NCBI RefSeq assembly: GCF_002933855.1
Contig: NZ_BFAQ01000025.1
Span: 24,009 to 56,008, forward strand
Source of the DNA: Vibrio penaeicida
Lineage (GTDB): Bacteria; Pseudomonadota; Gammaproteobacteria; Enterobacterales; Vibrionaceae
Length of the DNA: 32,000 nt
Direction of reading: 5' to 3'
Part shown: in pieces, positions 8,729 through 16,850 of the stretch
How positions within the stretch are numbered: the first letter of the stretch is position 1
Layout of the letters: every line of letters begins with the position of its first letter
Notes under the pieces: model-generated
Told to the model about the DNA's origin: nothing
The model's database searches: none
The model's input: the letters and a program-made list of their open reading frames with translations, nothing else
Program-made: the position numbers and the translations under genes

Positions 8729-10198
8729 GTGTCAGACGGCAAACTGCCAAAGGATGCAGATGGGTTGCAACTCAACTTTTGTAAAACATTGGCGTGTGAC
8801 AACTTTGGATTGAGTGATGCAAATCGGTATGTTTTGCAGCATGCAAACCCTAAACGTCCAGCGATGGTGTGCCGTGAGTGTGGTGCTTTCCCCCCCTTAC
8901 TTAATAATCGCGAGGTTCTTAACGAACTGAGCAGGCTTAGAGCCGTGCATAGTGACGGTTTGCCGGCGTGTCGTAACCCCAATTGTGAAAATGCCGGCAA
9001 AACCGTCCATACCCACAAACATCTTTACCACGCCTTCGGTTACAGCGGTGATAGGCAACGCTATCGTTGTAAATGCTGTCAATCGACCTTCGTGGATAAA
9101 TGGTCCGGCAGCAATGCCAAAATAGAATTCCAAGAGCACTTACTTGGGTATTTGTTCACTGGCTATTCCGTACGTGAAATCTGCCGTAAGCTCGAAATCA
9201 ACCCTAAAACGTTTTACGATCACGTGGATCAAATCGCGAGCCGCTGCCGTCGTAAGTTAGCGATGTTTGATGCTCGTTGGATGAACCACGCCGAGCAATA
9301 TCACCTTTCTTCGCATTACACAGTGCTTCAGCCACACAGCCAAAATGGCGTATTCTGGATAGTAACCACGGATGCTGACTCGGGTTATGTGTTGTCACAA
9401 CACGTCAATTACTCGTTTGATGAGGAACCACAAGGCAATATTGACCACAACCCCTATCAAGTCCCTGCTAGGTTTGTTTCCAAAGAATACCAACCAGAGT
9501 CTTTTGAGGCGGTCACTCGCCGCGCAACGTCACTACGTGAAAAAATCGACAACAAGTACCAAGAAATTTTAGCGCGCGGTAACGTAGAAGACCCTATGGG
9601 AAATCTGCTGAAATTCAATTACCCGTCGAAAGGTGCATTGATTCGCCCTCCTTATACCTCTTATGCGCACTACCTCCATGTTTTGAATATGTGTGAGGAT
9701 GAAAAACGCGTGTCGATATTTATGCCGCAAGACCCAATTTTGCGCTCTGCTGCGTTGTCGGTTTGCCTACCGAGAATACAGCGCCATAATATTGACTTGA
9801 TGTATGTAGAAGAAGATGCCAATGAACAAGAAGGTACGATTGCTCAAAAAATTGACATCGTCCATATGGGGTGGTGGCGCGATCGCTGGGCTATCCGAAA
9901 TGACGACAGTCGCGCAAAAGGAATTTGTTATCTTGCGGGCGACAATGCCGATCATGAACATTGGTTAAACCTTGCTACTACTACTCAAACTCAGTATTAC
10001 CAGCAACGTTTTCAATTATTATTTGAAAGCTTCATTAATGAACCTCGCCGCAAACTACGCCCTGGTGGTTTGCTTCCTTTGTTGGACATTTTCCGTGCTT
10101 GGCACAATTTGTGCTACCAAGATAAGAACGGTATGACGCCAGCACAGCTTCTTAGACTGGCAGACAAACCTCTTACATTACGAACTTTGTTGTCCTGA
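8729..10198 (+). CDS. Cys-rich double zinc-ribbon + HTH protein with an IS1-like (InsA/InsB-derived) transposase scaffold, probably domesticated
   Basis: 489-aa ORF with a GTG start 5 nt after GAGGGGG. Four Cys pairs (C18/C23, C48/C51, C81/C86, C114/C117). 'GDRQRYRCKCCQSTF' followed by 'GYSVREICRKLEINPKTFYDHV' resembles the IS1 InsA zinc finger and HTH. Later segments resemble InsB landmarks (details in findings). The CDS call is firm. The family assignment comes from memory-based alignment. Confidence 0.8.
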   Translation: MSDGKLPKDADGLQLNFCKTLACDNFGLSDANRYVLQHANPKRPAMVCRECGAFPPLLNNREVLNELSRLRAVHSDGLPACRNPNCENAGKTVHTHKHLYHAFGYSGDRQRYRCKCCQSTFVDKWSGSNAKIEFQEHLLGYLFTGYSVREICRKLEINPKTFYDHVDQIASRCRRKLAMFDARWMNHAEQYHLSSHYTVLQPHSQNGVFWIVTTDADSGYVLSQHVNYSFDEEPQGNIDHNPYQVPARFVSKEYQPESFEAVTRRATSLREKIDNKYQEILARGNVEDPMGNLLKFNYPSKGALIRPPYTSYAHYLHVLNMCEDEKRVSIFMPQDPILRSAALSVCLPRIQRHNIDLMYVEEDANEQEGTIAQKIDIVHMGWWRDRWAIRNDDSRAKGICYLAGDNADHEHWLNLATTTQTQYYQQRFQLLFESFINEPRRKLRPGGLLPLLDIFRAWHNLCYQDKNGMTPAQLLRLADKPLTLRTLLS

Positions 10199-10378
10199 TT
10201 TGGATAATCAGTGAAAATCTGACGCATTTATCAGTGAGATAAACGGTAAACGGCCACAAATGTTGTACTTCATTGAGAAAATGTGGCTATTATCATTGTA
10301 TTGGTAGTGCCATTCTTATCGAGCGCACAATATAATAACAAAGTTGAAACTAAGATACGTAACTGCTTGGACTAAACA

Positions 10379-11878
10379 TTGGATAAAGCCCAGATATTAA
10401 TTGAGAATGAGCTAGAGCAACTACGTGCTCGAGTTGAAAGTGAACCCGAAGGGGTATTGCTTCAGGCGAAGCAATGTTTAGCCCGTGCAGAACAAATCCT
10501 ATATCACGAAGGGGTTATCCAAGCTTACATCGTCATTTCACGTTGCCACTGGAGCTTAATGAGTTACCAGAAAGGCATGAAAGCCATTAAAGAAGCACTA
10601 ACGGGTCAAAACCGGTTAGACAACGATAACTACCTCCCTGAAATTCTTCACATTCATGCCCTACAGTTTTGGGGGCAAGCCAAATACTATTCTGCCCAGC
10701 AATATTGGATCAACGCCCTAGAGCAGTCAGCTTTGGTTGGCGAGTCCACGATTGAAATTGAATCCCTTATCGGGTTAGGCAACGTATGGCGAATAACTGA
10801 AGACATTCATCTTGCAAAATCAACCCATGAACTGGCCGTTAAAGTGGCGAACAACGCCCGTATTGACTGGCTGGAAGGTAAAGCGAGAATCTTGCTGGCA
10901 TGGGATTACTACCTACTGAACAATTACGTCGAAATGCTGTCGGTATTGGATGGTGCAGAAGAAGCCTTGAAATACCACCAAGACCCAACTTGGCGTGCCG
11001 AAATATGCGATTTCCGTGGCTTGGCGCTTATTGGGTTAGAACGTTTAGAAGATGCCGAAAGCTCGACAATGGAAGCGCATACACTTGCTGTAAAGCACGA
11101 CTTAACTTGGATGAAAGCGCACTCGTTTATTAGCCGAGCAAGGCTAGAGCTGATACGTAAAGACTTCAAAATTGCAGGCGAGCTTTTACAGCAAGCCGAA
11201 GATGCTGCTAAACCGTTCGATAATGGCGAATTGCTGTCCCAAATATGCTTTCAGCAATCGGTCGTTGCTGAAGAAAGCGCCGATTATGAACAAGCCCTTC
11301 AAGCATTCAAAAAGTACCGTCGGTATTCCATTCATATGCTGAAAGAGCAAACGAACCGACTGGGCATGGATAAAGCGCGAGGCTCGAAAAGGCAGCTCGA
11401 ACAACGTGCGCGTAAATTGATTAATCGCATTCGTGGGCAAATCGAATTTAACCGCGAAAAGCGCTTTTCTAATGTCGTATCTGAAACCTACTGGTGGGAA
11501 CAAATGGTTCTGTTTAAATCAGAACTGAAAAAGTCCAATCACGCGGTCATCATGATCCAGCACGAAGACAGTAATTACTTAGAGATCTGTATCGAGCTTG
11601 CTCATTGCTTATGTGGTAGGAGTGACTTGATTTCTCAACTCGATGAATCTCGTGTTGGCATGCTAATTTCTGAAAAAGGCGATGAAGCCAATAAACTGTT
11701 TGATGTTGTCAGCCAAATGATTTCTATGTACCCATGGGATCGTCGAGGCTTAAAAGGCAAAGCACCGAAAACGTCACTGCATGATATTTTGACGTTCCCA
11801 TTCACGCTCGATCAACTGGTCGAAAAATCCACCGAAACGGAGCATGCTAATGGAAGCGTTACTAAGCAAAGTCTCTGA
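10379..11878 (+). CDS. TPR-repeat protein with a coiled-coil linker and a degenerate GGDEF-like C-terminal domain (no GG[DE]EF motif)
   Basis: 499-aa ORF. TTG is the first possible start after an in-frame TAA (first ATG only at codon 61, so the start is uncertain). Helical-repeat N-terminal about 330 aa. C-terminal 'HAVIMIQHEDSNYLEICIELAHCLCGRSDLISQLDESRVGMLISE' follows the beta-alpha-beta layout of a GGDEF palm but carries DESRV where GGDEF would be. Confidence 0.75.
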   Translation: MDKAQILIENELEQLRARVESEPEGVLLQAKQCLARAEQILYHEGVIQAYIVISRCHWSLMSYQKGMKAIKEALTGQNRLDNDNYLPEILHIHALQFWGQAKYYSAQQYWINALEQSALVGESTIEIESLIGLGNVWRITEDIHLAKSTHELAVKVANNARIDWLEGKARILLAWDYYLLNNYVEMLSVLDGAEEALKYHQDPTWRAEICDFRGLALIGLERLEDAESSTMEAHTLAVKHDLTWMKAHSFISRARLELIRKDFKIAGELLQQAEDAAKPFDNGELLSQICFQQSVVAEESADYEQALQAFKKYRRYSIHMLKEQTNRLGMDKARGSKRQLEQRARKLINRIRGQIEFNREKRFSNVVSETYWWEQMVLFKSELKKSNHAVIMIQHEDSNYLEICIELAHCLCGRSDLISQLDESRVGMLISEKGDEANKLFDVVSQMISMYPWDRRGLKGKAPKTSLHDILTFPFTLDQLVEKSTETEHANGSVTKQSL

Positions 11879-13433
11879 AGCTGGATTGGATCCGGCTTCC
11901 GTTACGGGTGAAGATGCCATTATATTTTGGGATCATGTTCGTCAGCACATCGCAACAACGAATCTTGAACGCTCCCATTGCTTTTTGATCAGCTCCGAAT
12001 ACAGAGCTAAGCTGAACCAACCCAAATCCAGTTTGGACGAACTTCGTGAAGCGGTTGCCTTACTTTCGCTACCTCGCGATGTCGAAGACATTCTCACGAT
12101 TAAAGCCGCTTTGTCTGATCGCCTTTATGAAAATGGCGACTACGCCCTCTCTTTGAAAGAGTGTGTAGAATTGTCGAATATTTCCGTCGAGTTTGGTCAT
12201 ATTGATTACTACGTCATTGCTGTGCTTGGCATGGGTAATTTGTGTGACGCCTATGGCGACCATGCTCGGGCACTCAAGTATTATCAAAAAATCAACGGTA
12301 TAGATCACGCAATCAGCAGCCGTTCGCTGCGCTTAAGATGCAAGCTGTACACGGTATCTTGCCTAATCTCGTTAGGTCGTGTCGCGAATGCCAACGAGCT
12401 GCTTAATGAATGTGAAGAACTCAGTATTCTGGTTTCAGACAAGGTACTGGCCGGGCAAATCATTCTTTACCAAGCTCGAATTCTCCGTAAACAGAAGCTG
12501 TACAACGAAGCGTTAGAAGTTTTGGCCAAGGCGCGTTATTCGTTAAACAATGTCAGTGCTTACTGGCTTTCAAACATGATGCGATTGGAACTGGCCAGAA
12601 GCTTGAATGCTATTGGTAAAACGGATCTTGCAGAGTACACACTCAACTCTGCGGTTAAACGCATCAAACTGAACAACTCACCTGTATTGCTAAAAAGCTT
12701 GTATGAATCACTCAGTGATGTTTTTGCCTCGCAAAAAGATTTCAAGCAAGCCCTCGCGTTCGAAAAAAAAGCGTTCAGAATTGGTACGGATTTGGTCAAG
12801 AACATTCCAATTAGTGATTTGGCGGGTTTTCAGCTTCGTCGCTTATCGCGCTTTGAACTCCAGCTTAAATTGATTCTTTCAGAGCAAGAAAACAAAGAGT
12901 TAAAAGAAACCACTGAAACTCAGAAAGACAAAGTAGCGCAATTGCAACAAGACGTGTTTACCGATCCGTTAACCAGCTTGCACAACCGACGCTGGCTTGA
13001 TGTGAAACTTAAAGATCTCCTGCTGCATGAAACCCCATTCACTTTGATGGTCATCGATATTGATCACTTTAAATCGATCAATGATGAACTCAGCCACTTA
13101 GTGGGCGACAAAGCCATTGTGAATGTTTCACATGAGCTAGCCGCGCACTTCCGATTCCGCGGCGCATCTTGTGTGCGGTTTGGTGGCGAAGAATTCTTGG
13201 TTATCTTGGAAAATACTAATGTCGACCAAGCGGTTTTGCATGCCGAGCACTATCGGGAACGTATTTTCCAATTCGGCTGGCACGATATTTTGGGTGAACG
13301 TGGGCTAACGGTAAGCGTAGGAGTCACCAATCACAGAGAAGGCGAAAACACCCAGCGCACCTTCTATCGTGCAGATAAAGCGCTATATCGAGCTAAAGCG
13401 AAAGGTCGAAATCAAGTCTGCTACGAGATTTAG
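11850..13433 (+). CDS. TPR-repeat diguanylate cyclase (TPR + coiled coil + GGDEF)
   Basis: 'DPLTSLHNRRWL', 'VIDIDHFKSINDELSHLVGD', 'RFGGEEF' (13182-13196) and 'ADKALYRAKAKGRNQV'. No RxxD I-site precedes the GGEEF. I prefer the ATG at 11850 (GGAG 7 nt upstream) to 11844. Overlaps the upstream gene by 29 nt. Confidence 0.9.
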   Translation: MEALLSKVSEAGLDPASVTGEDAIIFWDHVRQHIATTNLERSHCFLISSEYRAKLNQPKSSLDELREAVALLSLPRDVEDILTIKAALSDRLYENGDYALSLKECVELSNISVEFGHIDYYVIAVLGMGNLCDAYGDHARALKYYQKINGIDHAISSRSLRLRCKLYTVSCLISLGRVANANELLNECEELSILVSDKVLAGQIILYQARILRKQKLYNEALEVLAKARYSLNNVSAYWLSNMMRLELARSLNAIGKTDLAEYTLNSAVKRIKLNNSPVLLKSLYESLSDVFASQKDFKQALAFEKKAFRIGTDLVKNIPISDLAGFQLRRLSRFELQLKLILSEQENKELKETTETQKDKVAQLQQDVFTDPLTSLHNRRWLDVKLKDLLLHETPFTLMVIDIDHFKSINDELSHLVGDKAIVNVSHELAAHFRFRGASCVRFGGEEFLVILENTNVDQAVLHAEHYRERIFQFGWHDILGERGLTVSVGVTNHREGENTQRTFYRADKALYRAKAKGRNQVCYEI

Positions 13434-13485
13434 TATTCTATAGATAGCAAGCTTCTAATGAACGTCAGCTAAGAACAGAATTTAT

Positions 13486-13518
13486 AAGCCATCTTCCATT
13501 GTGTAGGATGGCTTTTTT
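13486..13518 (+). terminator. Rho-independent terminator after the TPR-GGDEF gene
   Basis: Stem 'aagccatc' 13486-13493 pairs with 'gatggctt' 13507-13514, followed by a T-run to 13518. Confidence 0.75.
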
Positions 13519-13610
13519 ACATGTCCCTATCAGCTATAAACTATCAGCGCAACGTCGTTTACCCTGATTCATTGAGTTATAGGAAAGCCATAAGTTATAG
13601 TAAAAAAAAG

Positions 13611-14504
13611 TTATAGGAAAAACAACGAAATCCCACCCAACGCAGCCAGAGTGCCAATCACACTGGTCGAAGATACTCGCTCTCCATTCCAAGCGTAAAT
13701 AAACAATATAAACAGCGGGCTGGTTGCAATCAGTGTTTGAGCAACCGCTGGGTTCGCATTCTTAAGTGCGATTTGTTGAAGCCAAAGCGCTAAGAATGTT
13801 CCAACAAAGATGGCAAGGAGTAACTTTGTGTGCTGCTTCCGGTTCACACCTTTCCAGTGATGTTTAATGCCCGAGAAAGGTTGAGGCTCCAATAATCGAA
13901 TCACCAAAGCCACAGCAACAACGCCAATACTCAAGCGGATGAGGGCTCCCCAAAGTGGCGGTATGTCTCCTGCGACTAAAGCGTAGTGGGAAATAACCAC
14001 ACCGCTGGCCTGACACACACTCGCCAACAGCCCAAAGCCAATTCCCGCCATTGATGCTTCCTGGTCTATGCTGGAAGGCCTGATTACAACGAATGTGACC
14101 GCCGCCGTAGTGACAACCACGCCTAGCCAGCTTTGTACACTCAACTCAGAACCGAGAGCCAATAAAGCAAGCACACCAGAAAGTGGTGGAGCAAGCGACT
14201 CTAACAGTAGGGTCTTGTTTGCCCCGATGCGTTTAAGTGCAGCAAAATAAGCGCTGTCACCTATCGCAATGCCCACCACTCCTGATACAGCTAAGATGAT
14301 AAAATGCCCAGTTTCCATTGCCCACCCATCATCAGGCATTGGCATAAACGGGATCACTACCAACATCATGGCAGACGCAATCACCCCTTTAACAATATTC
14401 AATTGCATGGCAGAAAACTGGTGGCTGAACTGACCGTATATCCATGTTGCCATTGCCCAAACAATTGCAGCCCCAATCGCTGAAGCCTCACCAATGTAGT
14501 CCAC
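13611..14504 (-). CDS. DMT-superfamily (EamA-like) transporter
   Basis: 297 aa with about 10 TM segments in two EamA-like halves. Confidence 0.88.
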   Translation of the reverse strand: MDYIGEASAIGAAIVWAMATWIYGQFSHQFSAMQLNIVKGVIASAMMLVVIPFMPMPDDGWAMETGHFIILAVSGVVGIAIGDSAYFAALKRIGANKTLLLESLAPPLSGVLALLALGSELSVQSWLGVVVTTAAVTFVVIRPSSIDQEASMAGIGFGLLASVCQASGVVISHYALVAGDIPPLWGALIRLSIGVVAVALVIRLLEPQPFSGIKHHWKGVNRKQHTKLLLAIFVGTFLALWLQQIALKNANPAVAQTLIATSPLFILFIYAWNGERVSSTSVIGTLAALGGISLFFL

Positions 14505-14717
14505 TTCACATCCTTATTTGTGACGTTCAAACAAAATGGTCGCACATTCCACGCGCTAACACCATTTGGCTCACACCTCTCTTGATGCGCTTCGAATAAA
14601 ACTTGGTCTGCATATGAATCTAGCGATATATTAGAATCTGTTACGTCATATCATTATGCTGCGCTCACATCACTATTCACTTCTCTCTTATTAAAGAAAC
14701 CAGAAGGACAAGGTTTT

Positions 14718-15095
14718 ATGTTTCTTGATTATTTCGCCTTAGGACTGCTTATATTTGTCGCCCTAGTCATTTTTTACGGGATCATTGTCATTCATGACAT
14801 TCCTTACGAAATCGCCAAAGAGCGAGACCACCCTCACCAAGATGCTATTCATGTCTCTGGTTGGGTCAGTTTATTTACATTACATGCGATTTGGCCTTTC
14901 TTATGGATTTGGGCAACGCTTTGGCGTAAAGAACGTGGTTGGGGGTTCCATAAACTTGAGGAGGAGCAACAGGATATCCACCACAGAGTCGATGTTCTTA
15001 TCGATCAGGTAGCGGAACTGCAAAAAGAACTCGCAGAGCTCAAGGTGACGAAGGCTGCTCCCCAAAATCAAGAAGCACAGAAGGGAGAAGCGTAA
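14718..15095 (+). CDS. yiaW: DUF3302 inner-membrane protein, YiaW-like
   Basis: 'MFLDYFALG.LIFV.LVIFYGII..HDIPY.IAK.R.HPH.DAIHV.GWVSLFTLH.IWPFLWIWATL' is nearly collinear with E. coli YiaW as I recall it. Confidence 0.9.
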   Translation: MFLDYFALGLLIFVALVIFYGIIVIHDIPYEIAKERDHPHQDAIHVSGWVSLFTLHAIWPFLWIWATLWRKERGWGFHKLEEEQQDIHHRVDVLIDQVAELQKELAELKVTKAAPQNQEAQKGEA

Positions 15096-16225
15096 TGGAT
15101 TTACTACTGATAATGACATACGCCGCTCTGTGTATCGCCATCTTTAAAATTTTCAAGATCCCATTAAACAAGTGGACAGTTCCAACGGCTGTTCTCGGTG
15201 GCGTTTTACTCATTGGCACCTTGATTCTCCTCATGAATTACAATCACCCATTCACTCAATACGGCGGTCAGTACTACACCACCACACCGATCGTTCCTAG
15301 TGTTCAGGGAAAAGTAGTGGAAGTGTCTGCCAAGGCAAATACACCACTGAAAAAGGGGGATCCGCTGTTTAAGATTGACCCGACATTGTTCGAAGCAGAA
15401 GTCGTGCGGCGGCAGTCTGCTCTTGCGGAAGCAGAACAAACCGTTTTGCAATTAGCCTCTGTTTTCAAAGAGTCTCAAGCCGCTTCCATAGAAGCACTGG
15501 CTGACAAAGACAAAGCAGAAAGAGAATTCCAAAGATACAACAAAGGGTTCAAAAAAGGCGCATTTACTGAGCAACAACTCGACACGCGTCGCCAGTCCTT
15601 TAAAGCAGCAACGGCCAGTTATGAAGCCTCCCTGGCAAAAGTAAAACAGGCAGAATTAGCCTACAAATCGGAGATAGATGGCGAGAACACTCTCATTGCT
15701 CGTGTGAAAGCTGAGTTAGCTCAAGCACAGTTCAATTTGGATGAAACTATCGTCCGAGCCCCGACAGACGGCTATGTCACGCAGCTAGCTCTTCGCCCTG
15801 GCATGATGGCGGTACCGTTGCCCTTGCGACCTGTCATGACATTCGTTCACACTGAAGATGAGTTTTACGTGGGTGCGTTCAGACAAAATTCCTTGCAACG
15901 CTTACAAGCTGGCTTCGAGGCAGAGTTTTTATTCCGAGCATTACCAGGAAAAGTTTTTCGAGGTGAGGTAGTCGAAGTGATCCCTGCGATTGGTGAAGGG
16001 CAGGTACAAGCCTCTGGTTCGCTGCTTAATTCAAGCGCGCTGAAAAATAACGGACGCGCGTTAGTGAAGCTCAAAATCACAGACGATCTTTCTGCCTATC
16101 ACCTCCCAATGGGGAGCAATGCAGAGATAGCCGTGTACTCAGACAGCTTTACTCATGTTTCAGTGATGCGCAAAGTTCTTATCCGAATGAAGAGCTGGCA
16201 GAATTACTTGTATCTAGATCACTAA
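15095..16225 (+). CDS. yiaV: HlyD-family membrane-fusion/secretion protein, YiaV-like
   Basis: Start overlaps the yiaW stop (TAATG). N-terminal 'MDLL.I.TY.AL..A.FKIF.IP.N.WT' and C-terminal 'AVYSD.F.HVSVMRKVL.RM.SW..YLYLDH' match recalled E. coli YiaV. Central coiled coil. Confidence 0.9.
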   Translation: MDLLLIMTYAALCIAIFKIFKIPLNKWTVPTAVLGGVLLIGTLILLMNYNHPFTQYGGQYYTTTPIVPSVQGKVVEVSAKANTPLKKGDPLFKIDPTLFEAEVVRRQSALAEAEQTVLQLASVFKESQAASIEALADKDKAEREFQRYNKGFKKGAFTEQQLDTRRQSFKAATASYEASLAKVKQAELAYKSEIDGENTLIARVKAELAQAQFNLDETIVRAPTDGYVTQLALRPGMMAVPLPLRPVMTFVHTEDEFYVGAFRQNSLQRLQAGFEAEFLFRALPGKVFRGEVVEVIPAIGEGQVQASGSLLNSSALKNNGRALVKLKITDDLSAYHLPMGSNAEIAVYSDSFTHVSVMRKVLIRMKSWQNYLYLDH

Positions 16226-16269
16226 TCGAGCTGCTATCAAAACAAAGTACAAAAAGAAAGAAGAAAAGG

Positions 16270-16303
16270 AAAATAGACCCCATATCGAAAAATGATATGG
16301 GGT
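16270..16303 (-). terminator. Intrinsic terminator oriented for the minus strand, with no annotated minus-strand gene feeding it
   Basis: Perfect 10-bp stem 16277-16286/16294-16303 with a 7-nt loop. On the minus strand it is followed by CUAUUUUCCUUUUCUU. On the plus strand only UU follows, so it fits yiaV poorly. Confidence 0.5.
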
Positions 16304-16850
16304 TAACCTAAGAGGGGGAACCAATCCTCACTGCCTTTAATTTGAAATTAAACTAAACAGGAATTGGTCAGGTTTATTTATAAGTTACATTAATAGTTAG
16401 AGTGTAAAAACAGTAATAAACCATGAGATTCCTTTCCTCTTTTAATGCAAAACAAATCAATTTCGTCTCAGGTCTGAGTCTGACCTTACCAAGTGAATCA
16501 AAACACATACAACCTAAAGACATATACAATAAGTACCACAGATCGATACGTCCTATAAAACACAAAAACTAGCTCTAAATATTAATATAATATAATTTGA
16601 CAATACAAAACACCAAAAACACTCAAGTACCACTGCTTAATCGAACCCCAAACATTTGTATTTGTGGCTCAATACCGCCATGTAATAGCAAAACTATCAG
16701 TTAAAAATCAAACTCGTATAGTACTTAGGTCCGGTATGATCTATCAGTAATTTGGTGAATGTCTTAAGGTCCGCCTAAATGCCTGAATCCAGATCGCTTT
16801 CCACCCTATTTCCCCCGTCAAACCTAAGGGCAATATAACAAGAAACTCTG

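Noticed and set aside
8698-9139. Minus-strand ORFs of 106 and 80 aa
   Set aside because: They are antisense shadows of the 489-aa Zn-ribbon/HTH gene. The Cys-pair spacing and HTH of the plus-strand frame are far more protein-like.
8694-10260. Active IS1-family insertion sequence
   Set aside because: I could find no terminal inverted repeats or target-site duplication in the flanks. It is a single uninterrupted ORF about twice the IS1 transposase length, with an apparent E-to-Q change in the RIERHN-like motif. I treat it as a domesticated gene, pending a copy-number check.
16374-16565. Full 63-aa minus-strand ORF
   Set aside because: There is no SD at its first ATG and the translation is Cys/Phe/Leu-rich and implausible. 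Only the internal 16-codon ORF with its own strong SD is retained as a low-confidence candidate.
16226-16850. c-di-GMP (GEMM-type) or other riboswitch in the long leader of the sensor cyclase genes
   Set aside because: I looked for the conserved GEMM-I features (GCAAACC / GGCAAA tetraloop-receptor-type elements, paired P1/P2 helices) and saw none. The region is mostly unstructured AT-rich sequence apart from the hairpin at 16277-16303.
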